A stretch of DNA of 64,000 nucleotides from Paraspadella gotoi (lineage: Eukaryota > Animalia > Chaetognatha), in contig CM119267.1 of the NCBI GenBank assembly GCA_051294375.1, forward strand, positions 7,854,683 to 7,918,682, read 5' to 3'. The translations under genes were made by a program, and so were the position numbers. The first letter of the stretch is position 1. Every line of letters starts with the position of its first letter. Below are positions 12,226 to 28,664 of the stretch, one piece after another. The notes under the pieces were generated by a model. The model was not told the origin of the DNA. It saw nothing but the letters and a program-made list of their open reading frames with translations, and made no database searches.

Positions 12226-12860
12226 AATTCATAAAATTCAGCTCCTTGTATTTTGATGCTTAGTGCGGAGTACAATAAGTATTCCCCGATCTAATACTTA
12301 AGGGAGTGTCTTTTCATACAATTGAAACATTCTTTGAAATATTTTCCACTTCATTGATAGGGAAGCCAGGTACTCTGGAGTGAATAAACGAGACTGTGAG
12401 AGAGTCTGATTGAAATAGCAGGACCTGCTATGACATTATCTTTAAGAGTGATGGAGGCCTTAAACCACCAAAGCCTGTCAAAGTCAGGGGCAAGATCTTA
12501 TTTATTAAATGAATGGATATTTTTATATTGTTGTACCAATTTCATAAAATTCAGCTCCTTGTATTTTGATGCTAGTGCGGAGTACAATAAGTATTCCCGA
12601 TCTAATACTTAAGGGAGTGGTCTTTCATACAATTGAAACATTCTTTGAAATATTTTCCACTTCATTTGATAGGAAGCCAGGTACTCTGGGAGTGAATAAA
12701 CGAGACTGTGAGAGAGTCTTGATTGAAAGCTTGCAGGGACCTGCTATGACATTATCTTGTAAGAGTGATGGAGGCCTTAAACCACCAAAGCCTGTCCAAA
12801 GTCAGGGGCAAGATAGCTTATTTATTAAATGAAGGATAATTTTTATATTGGTTGTACCCA
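12226..12860. repeat. Direct tandem duplication of about 310 bp (12226-12536 and 12537-12860)
   Basis: CAATTCATAAAATTCAGCTCCTTGTATTTTGATGCT...TTTTTATATTG occurs twice. The copies differ mostly by single-base indels, which suggests an assembly overlap. Confidence 0.85.
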
Positions 12861-13181
12861 TTTCATACTATTCCTTGTTTTGTTCCCCACTGGTCGGCGT
12901 TTGTCCAAAAATCTAGATGAATAACCTTTAGTTATTAAGATAGCAATCATAGCGTATTTCGCATTTGCTTTGAAGTAATAAAAGTTGGTTCACATTGTTA
13001 GGCCTCGTTTCAATATCGTTTCCTGTTAAAAAGAAAACTCGAAGTTGACATCAACGGGATCCCGATCGCGACTCGTTAAGGCGTAAAAAGCCCTCGGACA
13101 GATCAAAACGACAAAAGAATTGCGAATAAATTTTGAGGAAATGGGGGAAACGCCGACGGAGAAACGTCGGCGGCAAACCGT

Positions 13182-13217
<36 letters not shown>

Positions 13218-15419
13218 TCGTCTTCCATTCCTCGACGCAAATTTTGAAAGATGGCGTCGTTGGCTCGAAATTGGGAGAAATATGATCGAAATCGGCGAGA
13301 GGTGGTGGGGAGACGAAGAGGGGGTGACAAAGTTGACGGGAAATGAAAGCGGGAAGTTGGAAGAGTGACGAAGTTGACGAGGGGGTGTTGAGAGAGTGTC
13401 GAAGGGAAAGAAGGGGCCCCGGCGGCGCTCACGGCTTCATCGGTGTCGAGCGGTCGGCGATCAACGCAAGCAGCTTTTTTTTATTTTTTACGACGTTAGT
13501 TTTGATGAGGAAAAACGTGAGGTTCTCATCCTTCGCCGATTCAAGCTTCTATGTCTTCCTTGACTCGAATATGTCTAAAACGAATCTAATATTATCTAAA
13601 CTAAATTAATCTAATCTAATCTCTTCTGATTTATCTCCGATACTGTGACAAGAAAAAGGCATTTACGATGACGGGAGTAAAATCGCTCGTTATAAATTGT
13701 GATCTCATTATCTCGACGTATATCTCGCTCTTTAAACTGTGCCCGGCGTCGCTTGTCGCTCTATTCCTTCAATTCCTTTTAGGTTTTTTTTTTATGTCGC
13801 CCCCCTCTCTCTCTCTCCAAGCACCCTCTCTCTCCCCCCCCCTTTGTCCGGCACGCGCACCATTCCGACCGCGGCCACGTGTCCGCGCCGTCGTCGCTCT
13901 TCGCTATACGATCATTACACGTGCTTGAAGCGCTCATAAGTTCCATTAAGGCGCCGAATCAAGTTTTGATCAACCGAGCCAAAGTTCCGTTTCGGTTGGT
14001 GGGTGACGGGTGATTGGGGGTGGGGGCCTTAGGAGAGTGTCTTAGGACCCATGGAGAGAGAGAGAGAGTTGAAGTGGCCCCGGCCGGCGACGCCGCCTTC
14101 GAACCGTCAACTTTATGACAATTTATATCTCATTCGTCTTCGTTGGCTTTTGGACTTTTTAAATGGGCGGGGCGGTGGGAGACGAGGATCGAAAGAAAAT
14201 GAAAAAAAGTCGAAGTGACGGAAGTTAAAATAAGAGAATAAAACGAAAAACAAATAAAAAAAAACTAAGACATATACTACAGGAGCCTGGGAAAGGAGAT
14301 TAATATAGAAAGAAAATAATGAGGTATAGGAAATAATGAAGGGGAAGAAAAGAATATGAAAATATTAACACATTTTTGCTAGCGTCTATTAACAATACGA
14401 ACCTATTTTTTATTCTTCTTTTCTGCACCACAAGTTTAATCGAAAAAGTGAACAGGGATTAAGTGAAATGGGGAGAATGGAAATTGGTTTCAATCCGAAA
14501 ACTATTTTTTTGTCGATTTTTCGATTAAATGATTATTGAGTGAATTAAAATTAAAACGTTTTAGTCAACTTGACATCCGCTTTCTCTGACTCTGCCCCTT
14601 TTTTAATTTTTTTTCCCCTCTGCTCCATCTTCTTAAATTTCATTTCTCTCTGCTTTCCTCCTTTTAACAATTGAATCCTTTCGATGCAAATGAATCTCTC
14701 ATTCTTTTCTTTTCTCCATTCGAGTCTTTTCCTCCATTCTGCTTCTTCCCTCGTTTAAACCTTTTTTCTCCCCATGAATTTCTCTCCGCCTTTAAACATT
14801 TTAATTTTTGCTTACAGCAGATTCCGGCTCGACAATTCTCTTAGTCGGTCCGTCGGTCTCACCACAGAAACTTGTCGGTAAGTCACTTAGATCATGTCAG
14901 ATCATCGAATTATGATGAATTATAAAAAAAATCGATGTACTCTTTATTTTCTCCCTCATTCCACCTTTCCATCTCTCTTCTTCTTCTTTTAAGCATTTTC
15001 CACCTTTCTATTTCTAATTCTTTTATACTTTCAACCCTTCCTTCTTTTCCTTCCAACTTCTTTCCTTTTTCCCTTCCCTTTCGACCTCCTTTCTCCTTTC
15101 CTCCCTTTTCTTCTTTCCTTCTTTTCTCCCTCTTTCCTCCCTCTCTCATCCGGCGAGGACGGCCGAGCCCGTTCACGGTTGCGCGGCAGCTGTTTTGTTA
15201 TGAGATGGCAAAGGGGAAGGCAGAAGGGGGAGGAAAGAAGGGTGGAGGCAGAGGGGCGGGCAGGGAGAAGGGCGCGAGGGGATATAAGATGCGAGGATGC
15301 TCGCTCTATCAAAACACGCCATTGTTTCCGAGCCAACCTCTCGCGTTTGTAGGGAATGATGGAGTAAGCTAGGTTTTCCTTATTTCTCTCTCTCCCTTCT
15401 CTCTTTCTCTCTCTTCTCT

Positions 15420-15457
<38 letters not shown>

Positions 15458-15567
15458 TCTTCTTTGTTTTCGTTTTGCTTTTTGTTGTTTTTTTTCTTTT
15501 TTTTTTTTTATTCTTTGTTTCAATAGTTAACATTGTTGTCTCTCAGTCTCTGTCTTTGTGTCTGTCG

Positions 15568-15637
<70 letters not shown>

Positions 15638-16702
15638 ATCTGTATCTATCTTTTTTAAACATACGTAGTCACACGCAAACTAATAATAATTCGCTTTAAC
15701 ATACGTAGCATTGTTTTATTCAATAATACTGATTTTGATTATCAGAAAGAACATCAGGAACTAAAAATAAAAACTTTTCTGGGCCTTAAAAACGAAACCG
15801 GGGAATAAAAAAAAAACCCTGAAATTAAAAAAAAAATTTCCGAGCGTGATAATTTCATATTTTGCCATAATTAGTCACATCAAATATGACGATCTTAATT
15901 ATTTCGAAAGAAAAAGAACATCCAGGAACATAAGATTAATGGAAGTTGCACGAGTTAGACAAAAGGGAATCGATGAGTTAAATTGTTTCGGTAACATTAA
16001 AATTTTAATACCATGAGAGCATTCTTCACATTTTTTATATATTATTTTTTGTCTAAACAGAGGTAGCATTGTCTTATGAATACGTAATAAGAATGATTTT
16101 TTTTTTTTGATTAGCTCATTTGTTTTTTTTAATGGCTCTGGTTTTGATTTTGTCAGGATTTAAAAAAAAAAAAGTAAAAGAGATAAATACCACAAAATTT
16201 AATCTCTGTACTTTTTATCATAAAAACATTTTGTTAAATGGGAATGCTTTCAAAAAAAGTGACTTTTCGCCTTCAAGTTTAGCGGAATTTTCTCGTTCGG
16301 CAAAATGTGCACTGCAACGCGACGTCTACGCAGTTTCCGCGAGAGAGAGAGAGAGAGAGAAGAGAGAGAGGAGGAAGAGGGAGAGAGAAGAAGAGAGAGA
16401 AGAGAGAGAGAGGAGAGAGAGAGAGGGAGAGGAGAGAGAAGAGAGAGAGAGACAAACATGTGAAATTAAGCATGATCAGAAGATTTTAAAAGATCGGAAT
16501 GAATTGCGATCACGGAGTTTTTTTTTTTTTGTCCGAGACAAAGAAGAAGGGAGAAGGAGGGAGGGAATCCTAGGGAGCGGATGACGAAAATGATCGCGTG
16601 ACGCGTGGGCGAGGGCGTCGTGGATCACGTGACCGGGGGATGACGTCTCAAAGTAGTTTGAATCGTCGTCTTCGTCGTCGTCGTGAATGCGTCGAGGCGA
16701 CG

Positions 16703-19316
<2,614 letters not shown>

Positions 19317-20334
19317 CTGGGGAAGAGAAGACGAAGATCAGGAAACTCGATGTGAAAAAGTTTTAGCATTGACATTGGCTGTATAATAATTATATCGTTT
19401 AGTAGAAAACAAAAAAAATAACGAACATAAATTGAAATTATTCATGCAAAAAAAAAAACAAACAAAACCAAAAAACAAAAACAAAATCTGAGAATGACAG
19501 GCGATAACTGATTTCAAATTATATATAAAACCTCTCAACGCTGACCGCAATCAAACCGTTTAGTTTAGTTTTTTGTTTTTTTTTTAAATGAGACACTATC
19601 ACTAAGGCTTAGTGTAAGCATAAATTCGATTCCTTAATATAACTTATTTTATATTTTTAATATATTTGAATTTATCAGATCGACTAATAGACAGACTTTG
19701 CAGAGAATAGGCTAGTCGAGTCTAAAAACCCTTTTTGCTGCAGCTTTTTTTTTCTCCGGCGCCATTTCGTTTAAAAAGAATCTTAGATAAAAAAAAGAAG
19801 GCTCACTCTTTATCCGAGTCCATTGTTCCGCGTCCCCAACCGCCACTGGACCCACCGTAACCCACCCAAGCCACAACCCCTACCCTAACCCTAACCCCAA
19901 CCCCCTCTCCCCTTCCGGCCGCGCCTCTGCCTTTGATAACGTTTAATGGTAGTATAAGAGCATCCCGCCGTTGGGCGGGGCGGCGATAACGCGCAGTCGC
20001 GAGGCGGAAGACGTTACGCGAGAGAGAGAGAGAGAGAGATAGAAAAAAAGGGGCCCCCTTCTGAAATATTCAAGAAAATTACTGAGCAATTACACGGTTT
20101 AATAGTACTGAGTATCTCGGTAAATATTTAATCGCTCTCTTTAAATATGAAAGAGGAAACGATAAGGTCTCGACTCTCGAAAGGATCGTCGACAAACAGC
20201 GAAGAGACTAGTCGAGGCTAAGAAACGGCAGAGGCCGAAAAACTGCAAAGGCCTGTATAGTGTATTAGTATTATTTCTTGAATTAGTAGCGTGCGTTTGG
20301 TTCAAGGATCATCATAAAGAATTCTACTCTAAGC

Positions 20335-20378
<44 letters not shown>

Positions 20379-21397
20379 TCTCCTCTTCTCTCTCTCTCTC
20401 TGTCTCTTCTCTCTCTCCTTCTTTTTCTTCTCCACCTTCTTCACCTCTCTCCTTTTTCAAGATCCCCTTTTCTCACCGAGGATTTTCGATTCGGTGAAAC
20501 GTTCCTTGATGCCCTCTGCCCTGAACGAGGGGTTAAGCATTCGTTCCTGAGAAGTGGGTGGAAGAAGGAGGCGTCGTGGATGGATGGGGTCGACGGTTGG
20601 GTGGGGGCGAGGCGCTCGGTGGTTGGCCAGAGGGGGCCGACGCCGATTGAACGGGTTTCGGCCGGAAAGGAGGGATGAAAGGCGCGGGACGGCACATCGG
20701 GGGTCTGCTGGCGCGGGTAGGAAGCTGGGTTAACGGGGCGCAGGTGGCGAAGGAGGAGAGGCGGAGGCTGGCAGGTGGCTGGGAATCCCGGGGGAGAGGG
20801 GAGACCGAGAACAACTGGAAGAACGGGGTGAAAAGGAAAGGCTGTGAGGAACGAAGGTTGGTTAACACGTGGTTTTATATTTCGCCGTTTTTTCATATTT
20901 TCTTCCGCAAGATTCGTCTTTGTTTGTCTTTGTTTACCATAAATAAATGAAGACAATATTGACAATATTTCAAAGACTTATACCTTCTTACCAGATCATT
21001 TAATGGAGGCAGCCGTCCTCAAAATATTGTGCTTCTCTAATGAATTACTATTTTTATTGTCACTTTCAAGCACGGACCAGAAGCAATTCAAATTTTAAGG
21101 TTTTCACTCCCATCTTTCGTCGAAGCATTCGAAATTTCTAAGACAATGATTTTAATTTAGAGGCTCAATGACAATGTTTCTCTCATTCAATCTCCCAACT
21201 TCTGATTCTTCGGCTTCAACTTTGAGCCAAACATCTCCTCTTCTTGACTTTATAGTTTTCAAATCCAACTTCGCTGCCTCAATTTGGGCCACGGAATTCC
21301 GATAAGATGAGCGTACGAAATTCGGTTCTTTCGACGAGAAAATTCAATTGTTTTTCCTCTCTTTCCCTCTCTTCCCTATCTTTCTCTCTCTCACACA

Positions 21398-21422
21398 NNN
21401 NNNNNNNNNNNNNNNNNNNNNN
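21398..21422. other. Assembly gap of 25 N; others of 25 N at 41129-41153, 47084-47108, 55196-55220 and 62564-62588, and a 14-N gap at 34281-34294
   Basis: Counted directly. Most gaps lie in or beside (AG)n tracts and at the borders of duplicated blocks. Confidence 0.98.
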
Positions 21423-22732
21423 TAGTGGTGAGGAGGAATAGAATGTGGAGGCAGTCGAGAGGGAGAGATAGATAGAGAAGAGACGAGACGAAGAGAGAGA
21501 GAGAGAGCAAGAGAGAGAGAAGATGAGAGAGAGAAGAGAGAAGAGAGGAATAAGAGAGGGGGGGCATGAGGGGTAAACAGAGCGAAGAGGCATGAAGAGT
21601 GTGTGTGAGAGAGAGAGAACGATAGGTGGAGGAGAGGGAGAGGAGGCAAAGACGGATACAGAATTTGACATTATTTCTCTCGTCGAAAGAAGACCCCGAA
21701 CTTTCGTAACGCTCATGGCTTATCGGAATTCCGTGCCGCAAATTGAGCAAGCGAAGTTGGGATTTGAAACCTGAGTAAGTCAAGAAAAAGTTAGGAGATG
21801 TTTGGCTCAAAGTTGAACGCCTGAAGGAATCAGAGAAGTTGGGAGATTGAATGAGAGAAACATTGTCATTTGAGCCTTTCTAAAACTTAAAAAAATCATT
21901 GTCTTAGAAATTTCGAATGCTTCGACGTAAAGATGGGAGTGGGAAAAATGAAAACACTTAAAATGTTTGAATTGCTATCTTGGTATCCGTGCTTGACCAA
22001 AGTGACAATAAAATCGGATGCATTAAGAGAAGCCACAATATTTTGAGACGGTGCTCTGTGCCGCGGCAGGCCTGCGCGTCCATTAAATGACTGGTAAGAA
22101 AGGTATATTAGTCTTTTGAAATATTGTCAATTATTGGTCTTCATTTATTTATGGTAACAAAGACACAGCAAGAGAAATCTGCGGAAGAAAATATGAAAAA
22201 CCGGCGAAATATAAACCGACGAGTGGTACCAACCTTACGTATCCTCACAGCGCGTTTCCTTTTTCAACCCGCCATGTTCTTCAGTTGTTCTCGGTCTCCC
22301 TCTCCCCGGGATTCCCAGCCACCTGCCAGCCTCCGCCTCTCCTCCTCGCACCTCGCCTTAACCCACTTCCTAACCGCCCCAGCAGACCCCCATGTCCGTC
22401 CCGCGCCCTTTCATCCCTCCCTTTCTCCCTCGGGCCGAAATTAACCCTTCAATCGGCGTCGGCCCCCTCGCCAACCACCAGCGGCCTCGCCCCCACCACA
22501 ACCCCGTCGACCCCATCCATCCACACGCTCCTTCGGTTCCACCCACTTCTCAGGAACGAATGCTTAAACTCCCTCCGTTCAGGGCAGAGGGGCATCAGGA
22601 ACCGTTTCACCGAAATCCGAAAATCCTCGGTGAGAAAAGGGGATCTTGGAAAAAGGGAGAGAGGGTGAAGAAAAAATGAGGAGATGGAGAGAGAGAAAGA
22701 GAAGAGACGAGAGAGAGAAGAAGAAGAGAGGA

Positions 22733-22779
<47 letters not shown>

Positions 22780-23942
22780 GTTAGAGTAGAATTCTTTATG
22801 ATGATCCTTGAAACCAAACGCACGCTTACTAATTCTAAGAATAATACCAATCAATATATCAGGCCCTTTGAGTTTTTCGGCCTCATGCCGTTTCTTAGAC
22901 CTCGGACTAGTTCTTCGCTTTTGTCGACGATTCCTTTCGAGAAAGTCGAGACCTTTCGTTTCCTCTTGTCATTATTAAAGAGAGCGATTAAATATTTACC
23001 TGGGAGTATACTCCAGGTACTAATTAAACCCGTTGTAATTAGCCTCATCAGTAATTTTTTCTTGAATATTCAGAAGGGGCCCTTTATTTCTTCTATCTCT
23101 CTCTCTCTCTCTCTCTCTCATCCTTGCTCTCTCTCTCCTCTCCCTCCTCCCTCCTCTCTCCTCCTCTCTCCTTCCCTCTCCTCTCTCTCTCTCTCTCTCT
23201 CGCGTACGTCTTCCGCCTCGCGAACTGCGCAGTTATCGCGCCCCGCCCACGGCGGGATGATCTTGATACTACATAAACGTTATCAAAAGGCAGGAGGCGC
23301 GGGCCGGAAGGGGAAGGGGGTTTGGGGTTAGGGTAGGTAGGTTTGTGGCTTGGGGGTTCGGATGGGTGCCAGTGGCGGTTGGGACGCGGACAATGGAACT
23401 CGGACTAAAGAGTGAGCCTTCTTTTTTTTATCTAAGAATTCTTTTTTTAAAAAAAAAATCGAAACATGGCGCCGGAGAAAAAAAAAGCTGCAGCAAAAAG
23501 GGTTTTAGACCTCGAACTAGCCTAATCTCTGCAAAGTCCTGTGGTCTATTTGCGATCTGATAAATTCAAAATATATTAAAAATATTAAAAGTTATATTAA
23601 GGAAAATCGAATTATGCTTTACAACACTAAGCTCTTAGTGAAGTGTCCATTTAAAAAAAAAAAAACAAAAAACTAAACTAAACGGTTGATTGCGGTCAGC
23701 GTTGAAGGTTTTATATATAATTTGAAATCAGTTTATCGCCTGTCATTCTCCAGATTTTGTTTTTTGTTTTTGGTTTTGTTTTTTTTTTTTTTTGCATGAA
23801 TAATTTCCAATTTATGTGTCGGTTATTGTTTCTTTGTTTTTTCTTAACTAAAACAGGATATAATTATTATACAGCCAATAGTTCAATCTAAAACTTTTTT
23901 CACACGATCGATTTCCGTGATCTTTCGTTTTCTCTTCCGCAG

Positions 23943-26662
23943 AGCAACGACATCTCTCGAGGCATGGACGACTCGGCGATCCTCCTGCTCGGGGCCGGAG
24001 CTCTGGCGGGGCGGTGGGACTCGGCGTGGCGAACACCAAGCCTTTCACACCGATGACCTCAATAATGAAGCCTCACCCGGATTCGCTTTTAGCGGAAACG
24101 TTCGTCTTTCCCAACGAGGTGAGAATTGGAGAGAAAATAGGCTGAGAATAAATATAAGGGAAATATTCCTGTCCAAATTCTTTAAACTTGGAACTCAATT
24201 AATGTTTATTTAAAAAGATCAAGTCCACCACCATCACGCGCTTGCTGGTCTCGGAATGACGCATCACAATTTCCAGTTCCCGACGCCAGAGCGGCGCGCC
24301 GTAACGAAATTTCGCAAAAAAGAGTGAGCTCATTCATTTTAGTAATACGTATTTGACTATTTAGGCACATTAATGAAAAGAAGAAAGAAAGAGAAAGAAA
24401 AGAAGAAAGAAAAGAAAAGAAAAGAAAGAAAGAAAGAAAGAAGAAAGAAAGAAAGAAAAGAAGAAAGAAAGAAAAGAAAAAAGAATATTAAAAAGAGCCC
24501 TCTCCATCACTCCCATCCTCCCACCCCCCAGCCGAGTCTCTGATGGACTCGATACCTGTCCTGCGATGCGCACCCGTCGTATTGACGTCACTATCCGCTG
24601 GGCGGCGGCGGGCGGGGACCCCCTCGTTTGGGCGTCTGCTCCGGGATGACGTCTTCGATGATGTCCTCCAATCACCACCACCAATCCGCGTCGCAAATCT
24701 CCCCCAATCTACTCGCACCCCGCCACAACATGCACAAAGCCACCATCAACCCCAATGCAGGCGGCAATGAACGCCGCCGCAATGGCCCATCACGCACGCG
24801 ACGGTTGCTGGACTGACGGGAGGACCCCGCGGCCATCACGGAGGGTCCAAAGACATCCATCCCCATCACCGGCGGGTGGCACCCTCACGGGGTGGGCGGC
24901 AACGGAGGGGTCAATACCGGGGTCATCAACATGCCTTCCGCGGGTCACCAAAGCGACATGGGACACGGATCCTAGAGAGTTGAGGCGTTCGCTCATAAGG
25001 TGAAGGGGACAAAGAAAGGTTGAGTTCTCGAATCTAATTTGCATCTAGTCGTGTTTGGATTAGCTTATCAATTTAAGTTATATTCTGTTATTCTGTGAGT
25101 TTAAATTATTAAATTCGACTGTTTAATAGTGAATAAGAATACGTTGAACGTTTTTAAAAGCTGTAGTTAAAATAACGAGATGAAACGACTAAAATTCTTC
25201 ATTACTTCTGAATTTAGCAATCACTGTCAGGTAAACGCGAAGACCTTATAACTTTAACCTAATGCTTCAATTTGCAAAATTCTTTCCTCGATTTATTATT
25301 ATTGTAAATCCACGTACCTAGTAATAGACTAGTATTGTTTAATAATTATCTCCAAGGAAAAAAATAAATGAATGTTATTTGGTTAAGGTAAGGCGACAAC
25401 GTAAAAAGTCGAGTCTTAGTATTTCTTTTAACCAATAAAAAACCCAATCTGTTCAAAGTTTTGTTTCTCCCTATGACTTCAAGTTCAAGGCAGCGCAGAA
25501 TTAAACTGGGAGTCGGCAGGCGGATGTGGGACAGGCGCTCGGGAAAGTTAAGTTGAAACTTCCGGGCGTCGGTACTCTCACCAGTCAACATCGTAGGGTG
25601 AGTCTATTTACTAGAATTTCTTTCCAAAAAAAAGAAAATAATGATTGATTTTGAAACTCTTTGTTCTTGAACATCTCCAAATCTTTTTCCGTTCATTATT
25701 GTTTTTCTCCCATGTTTTAAAAATCTCTCAACGCTGCACCGACAACAACATGTGGCCCTCAAGCCTGGTTGCAGGCGTGCTGGAGGAGGCGGAGGTCGCA
25801 GGCCCGCAACAAGGGCAAATGAGGTGGCGCTGCTTCCGATCGGGCGACAGAAGCGCAAACGACGTCCAATCGCCGACCCCGAGAAAAGAGGTCGCTGGAG
25901 GCCTACTTCGCCGTGCAGCCGAGACCCTCTGTCGGAACGGAATAGCCCGCAATTGCAGGTAGAGCGGGACGAGGAATGGGGGATGCGAAATAAAGAGGGG
26001 AGCCGGGGGGATATTCTCTTTAAATAAACAAGCTGGCTTAGGTGGGGAAGGGGTAAAAACGAAAGAGGTTGGGTGTGGAGGTAAGGGTTAGGTGTCGTGC
26101 TGTGGGGCTCAGAAAAAGCAGATTATTGGATCGTGGAAAAGTTACAAAATTTACCCCTACAGTGGGGCTCTCACCCCTAACAAAGCCAGACTCATTAAAG
26201 AGATAGTGAGGCGGTGAATGACAGTTATTTTTCCTCGAGTGGGAATTGAAAATAGTGGTTAATGAAAGCAGGTGTCGGCCCTGAATGGGGTTCGTTCTCA
26301 AATCGAGGCTGTGTTGCTCATCTGGTACGCTTTGGAGGAATAAGAGAAAAGATCCCTTTATAAATTAGTGGGGAAGGCAGGGAAAGAGATAGAGATAAGA
26401 GAATAGAAAATAAATATTTAATCTCAAAACGTCTTAAATCAATCTCAGAAACTGATGTCTTACCTCAAAACGGTCATAATTCTAAATCTCTTTTGGCTTG
26501 AAACCTTCAAAAGAAAGTGATGTCTAATCTCAAACTCGCCTTAAATTCTACTCTTGATTATAAACTCACAGAAAAGGCTGGACCTGAGAAGAATATTGAG
26601 AGTTTGGTTTGACAACCAAAGACAAAAACAAAAGAGAATGAAAATCTCCGCCACATCGATGG
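23943..26662 (+). pseudogene. Frameshifted second copy of the Pou4 core exons inside the inverted arm; most likely unpolished read sequence rather than a real pseudogene
   Basis: Same exons and introns as 16703-19316 in reverse orientation (for example LDLRRILRVWFDNQRQKQKRMKISAT at about 26578-26655). Indel-dominated differences are spread over exons and introns alike. Confidence 0.6.
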
Positions 26663-26964
26663 ACGCGTCTGGCCTCGACGCATTCACGACGACGAGAAGA
26701 CCGACGATTCAAACTAACTTTGAGACGTCATCCTCGGTCACGTATCATGCCAGACGCCTCTCGCCCACGGTCACGCGATCATTTTCGTCATCCGCTCCCT
26801 AGGATTCCCTCCCTCCTCTCCCTTCTTCCTTTGTCTCGGACAAAAAAAAAAACTCCGTGAATCGCAATTCATTTCCGATCTTATTAAAAATCTTCGTGAC
26901 ATAGCTAATTTCACATGTTTGTCTCTCTCTCCTCTCTCTCTCGTCTCTTTCTCTCTCTCTCTCG

Positions 26965-27002
<38 letters not shown>

Positions 27003-28642
27003 TCTCTCTCCTCTCTCCTACGCCCTTCACCTCCAGTTATCCTCGCTCCTGTCCTCTCTCTCTTCTCTCTCTCTCATCGCGAATCCGCGGTAAGGACCGC
27101 GGTCGCGGTGCAGTGCAAGTTTCCCTGAACGAGAAAATTCCGCATAAATTGAAAGGCGAAAAGTCACTTTTTTGGAAAGCAAATTCCCCCATTTAACAAA
27201 AATGTTTTTATGAATAAAAGTACAGAGATTTAAATTTGTGGTATTATCTCTTTTTACTTTTTTTTTTTAAATCCTGAACAAAATCCAAAAAACCAGAGCC
27301 ATTAAAAAAACATGAGCTAATCAAAAAAATCATTCTTATATTACGTATTCCCCATAAACCCATGCTACGTTTCTGTTTAGACAAAAAAATAATATTAAAA
27401 ATATGTTGAAGAATGCTCTCATAGGTATTAAAATTTTAATGTTATCGGAAACCAATTAGAAACCAACTCATCGATTCCCTTTTGTCTAACTCGTGTAAAC
27501 TTCCATTAATCTTATGTTCCTGAATGTTCTTTTTCTTTCGAAATAAATTAAAGATCGGTCATTATTTGATGTACTATTATGGCAAAATGAATTATCACCG
27601 TCGGTAATTTTTTTTTTAATTTCAGGGTTTTTTTTATTAATTCGCCGGTTTTCGTTTTTAAAGGCCCAGAAAAGTTTTAATTTTAAAAGTTCCGATGTCT
27701 TTCTAGATAATTCAAAATAGTATTATTGTGGAATTAAAAAACAAATGCTAACGTAGTTAAAGAGCGAATTATTATTAGTTGCAGTGCAACACGTATGTTT
27801 AAAAAAAAGAAATAGATTACAGATAAGAGAGAGAGAGAGAAGGGAGAGAAGAGGGAGAGAGAGAGACTAGCACAAAGACAGAGACTGAGAGACAACAAAA
27901 TGTTTAACTTAAACTATTGAAATCCAAAAGAAAAATAAAACAAAAAAAAGAGAAAAAAACACCAAAAAGGCAAAAAACGAAAACAGAGAGAGAGAGGAAG
28001 AGAGATAGAGTAGAGAGAGGAGGAGATGAAGAAAGAGAAGAGGGAGAGAGGAAATAAAGGAAAACCTAGCTTAACTCATCTTCCTACACAAACGCGAAGG
28101 TTGGCTCGGAAACAAATGGCGTGTTTTATAGAGCCGAGCAATCTTTCCGCACTTATAAATCCATATCCCGGCGCCCTTAACTCCCTTCTCTCCATCGCCC
28201 TTCTCTCATACATCCATTCAGAATTACAAGATCTCTATTCGAAACCCCCACAATTAGCCATCAGTACGGAAAAAAAACGCGGCGTGTGAACAAATTATAA
28301 AAATAAAAAAACGAAAGAAAGAAAGAAAAAGAGAACGAAAAATTTGATGGAGGGCAAATAAAAGAATTTGCAAACGACCTCGGGAATAAAAGAAAGAAGA
28401 AACAAGAAAGAACTCCCACATTAACGCTCACCGCAGGAAATCTTTCCCATCTCCTGGGCGAAGCCGAATCCACCGCATTTCCCCCTTGAAAAACCGTTGA
28501 GGGGCGTCCTTCCAAAATACTTCCGGCCTCCAGCCGTTGCGTCGCCTCCCAGGGCTGCGTGTAGGCGCTGTCACCTTCCCGAACCGACACACTGTGCCGG
28601 TTGCGGCCCCTGCGCCGCGATTGCACGCGCGAGGCGCCTAAC

Positions 28643-28664
28643 CGAAGGTAACGGAAGACAGCGC
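28643..28664 (-). CDS. Pou4: Putative 22-nt Pou4 micro-exon encoding (R)RCLPLPS of the POU-IV box
   Basis: Minus strand reads tttctctccacccccttcctctgctttag|G CGC TGT CTT CCG TTA CCT TCG|gttagg. Phase 2 in and phase 0 out bridge the exon at 33776-34044 to the SNIF exon at 19316. The peptide matches RRACLPTP (vertebrate) and RRCMPNP (fly Acj6). Confidence 0.7.

Noticed and set aside
13103-13432. Poly-Ala/poly-Arg ORFs over a (GGC)n tract
   Set aside because: Simple trinucleotide repeat with no convincing splice sites or domain.
19878-19900. Telomere-like CCCTAA units
   Set aside because: Only about two perfect units; too short to call an interstitial telomere.
19806-20540. Nearby alternative first exons for Pou4 (MLNPSFRAEGIKERFTESKIL with a GTGAGA donor; a small exon near 19807-19846)
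   Set aside because: Their phases do not fit the phase-0 acceptor at 19316 and they lack POU-IV box similarity. A non-coding alternative 5' exon is not excluded.
23943-26662. A functional second Pou4 paralogue or natural antisense copy
   Set aside because: Frameshifts throughout, introns as similar as exons, and a position in a gap-centred fold-back all point to read error.
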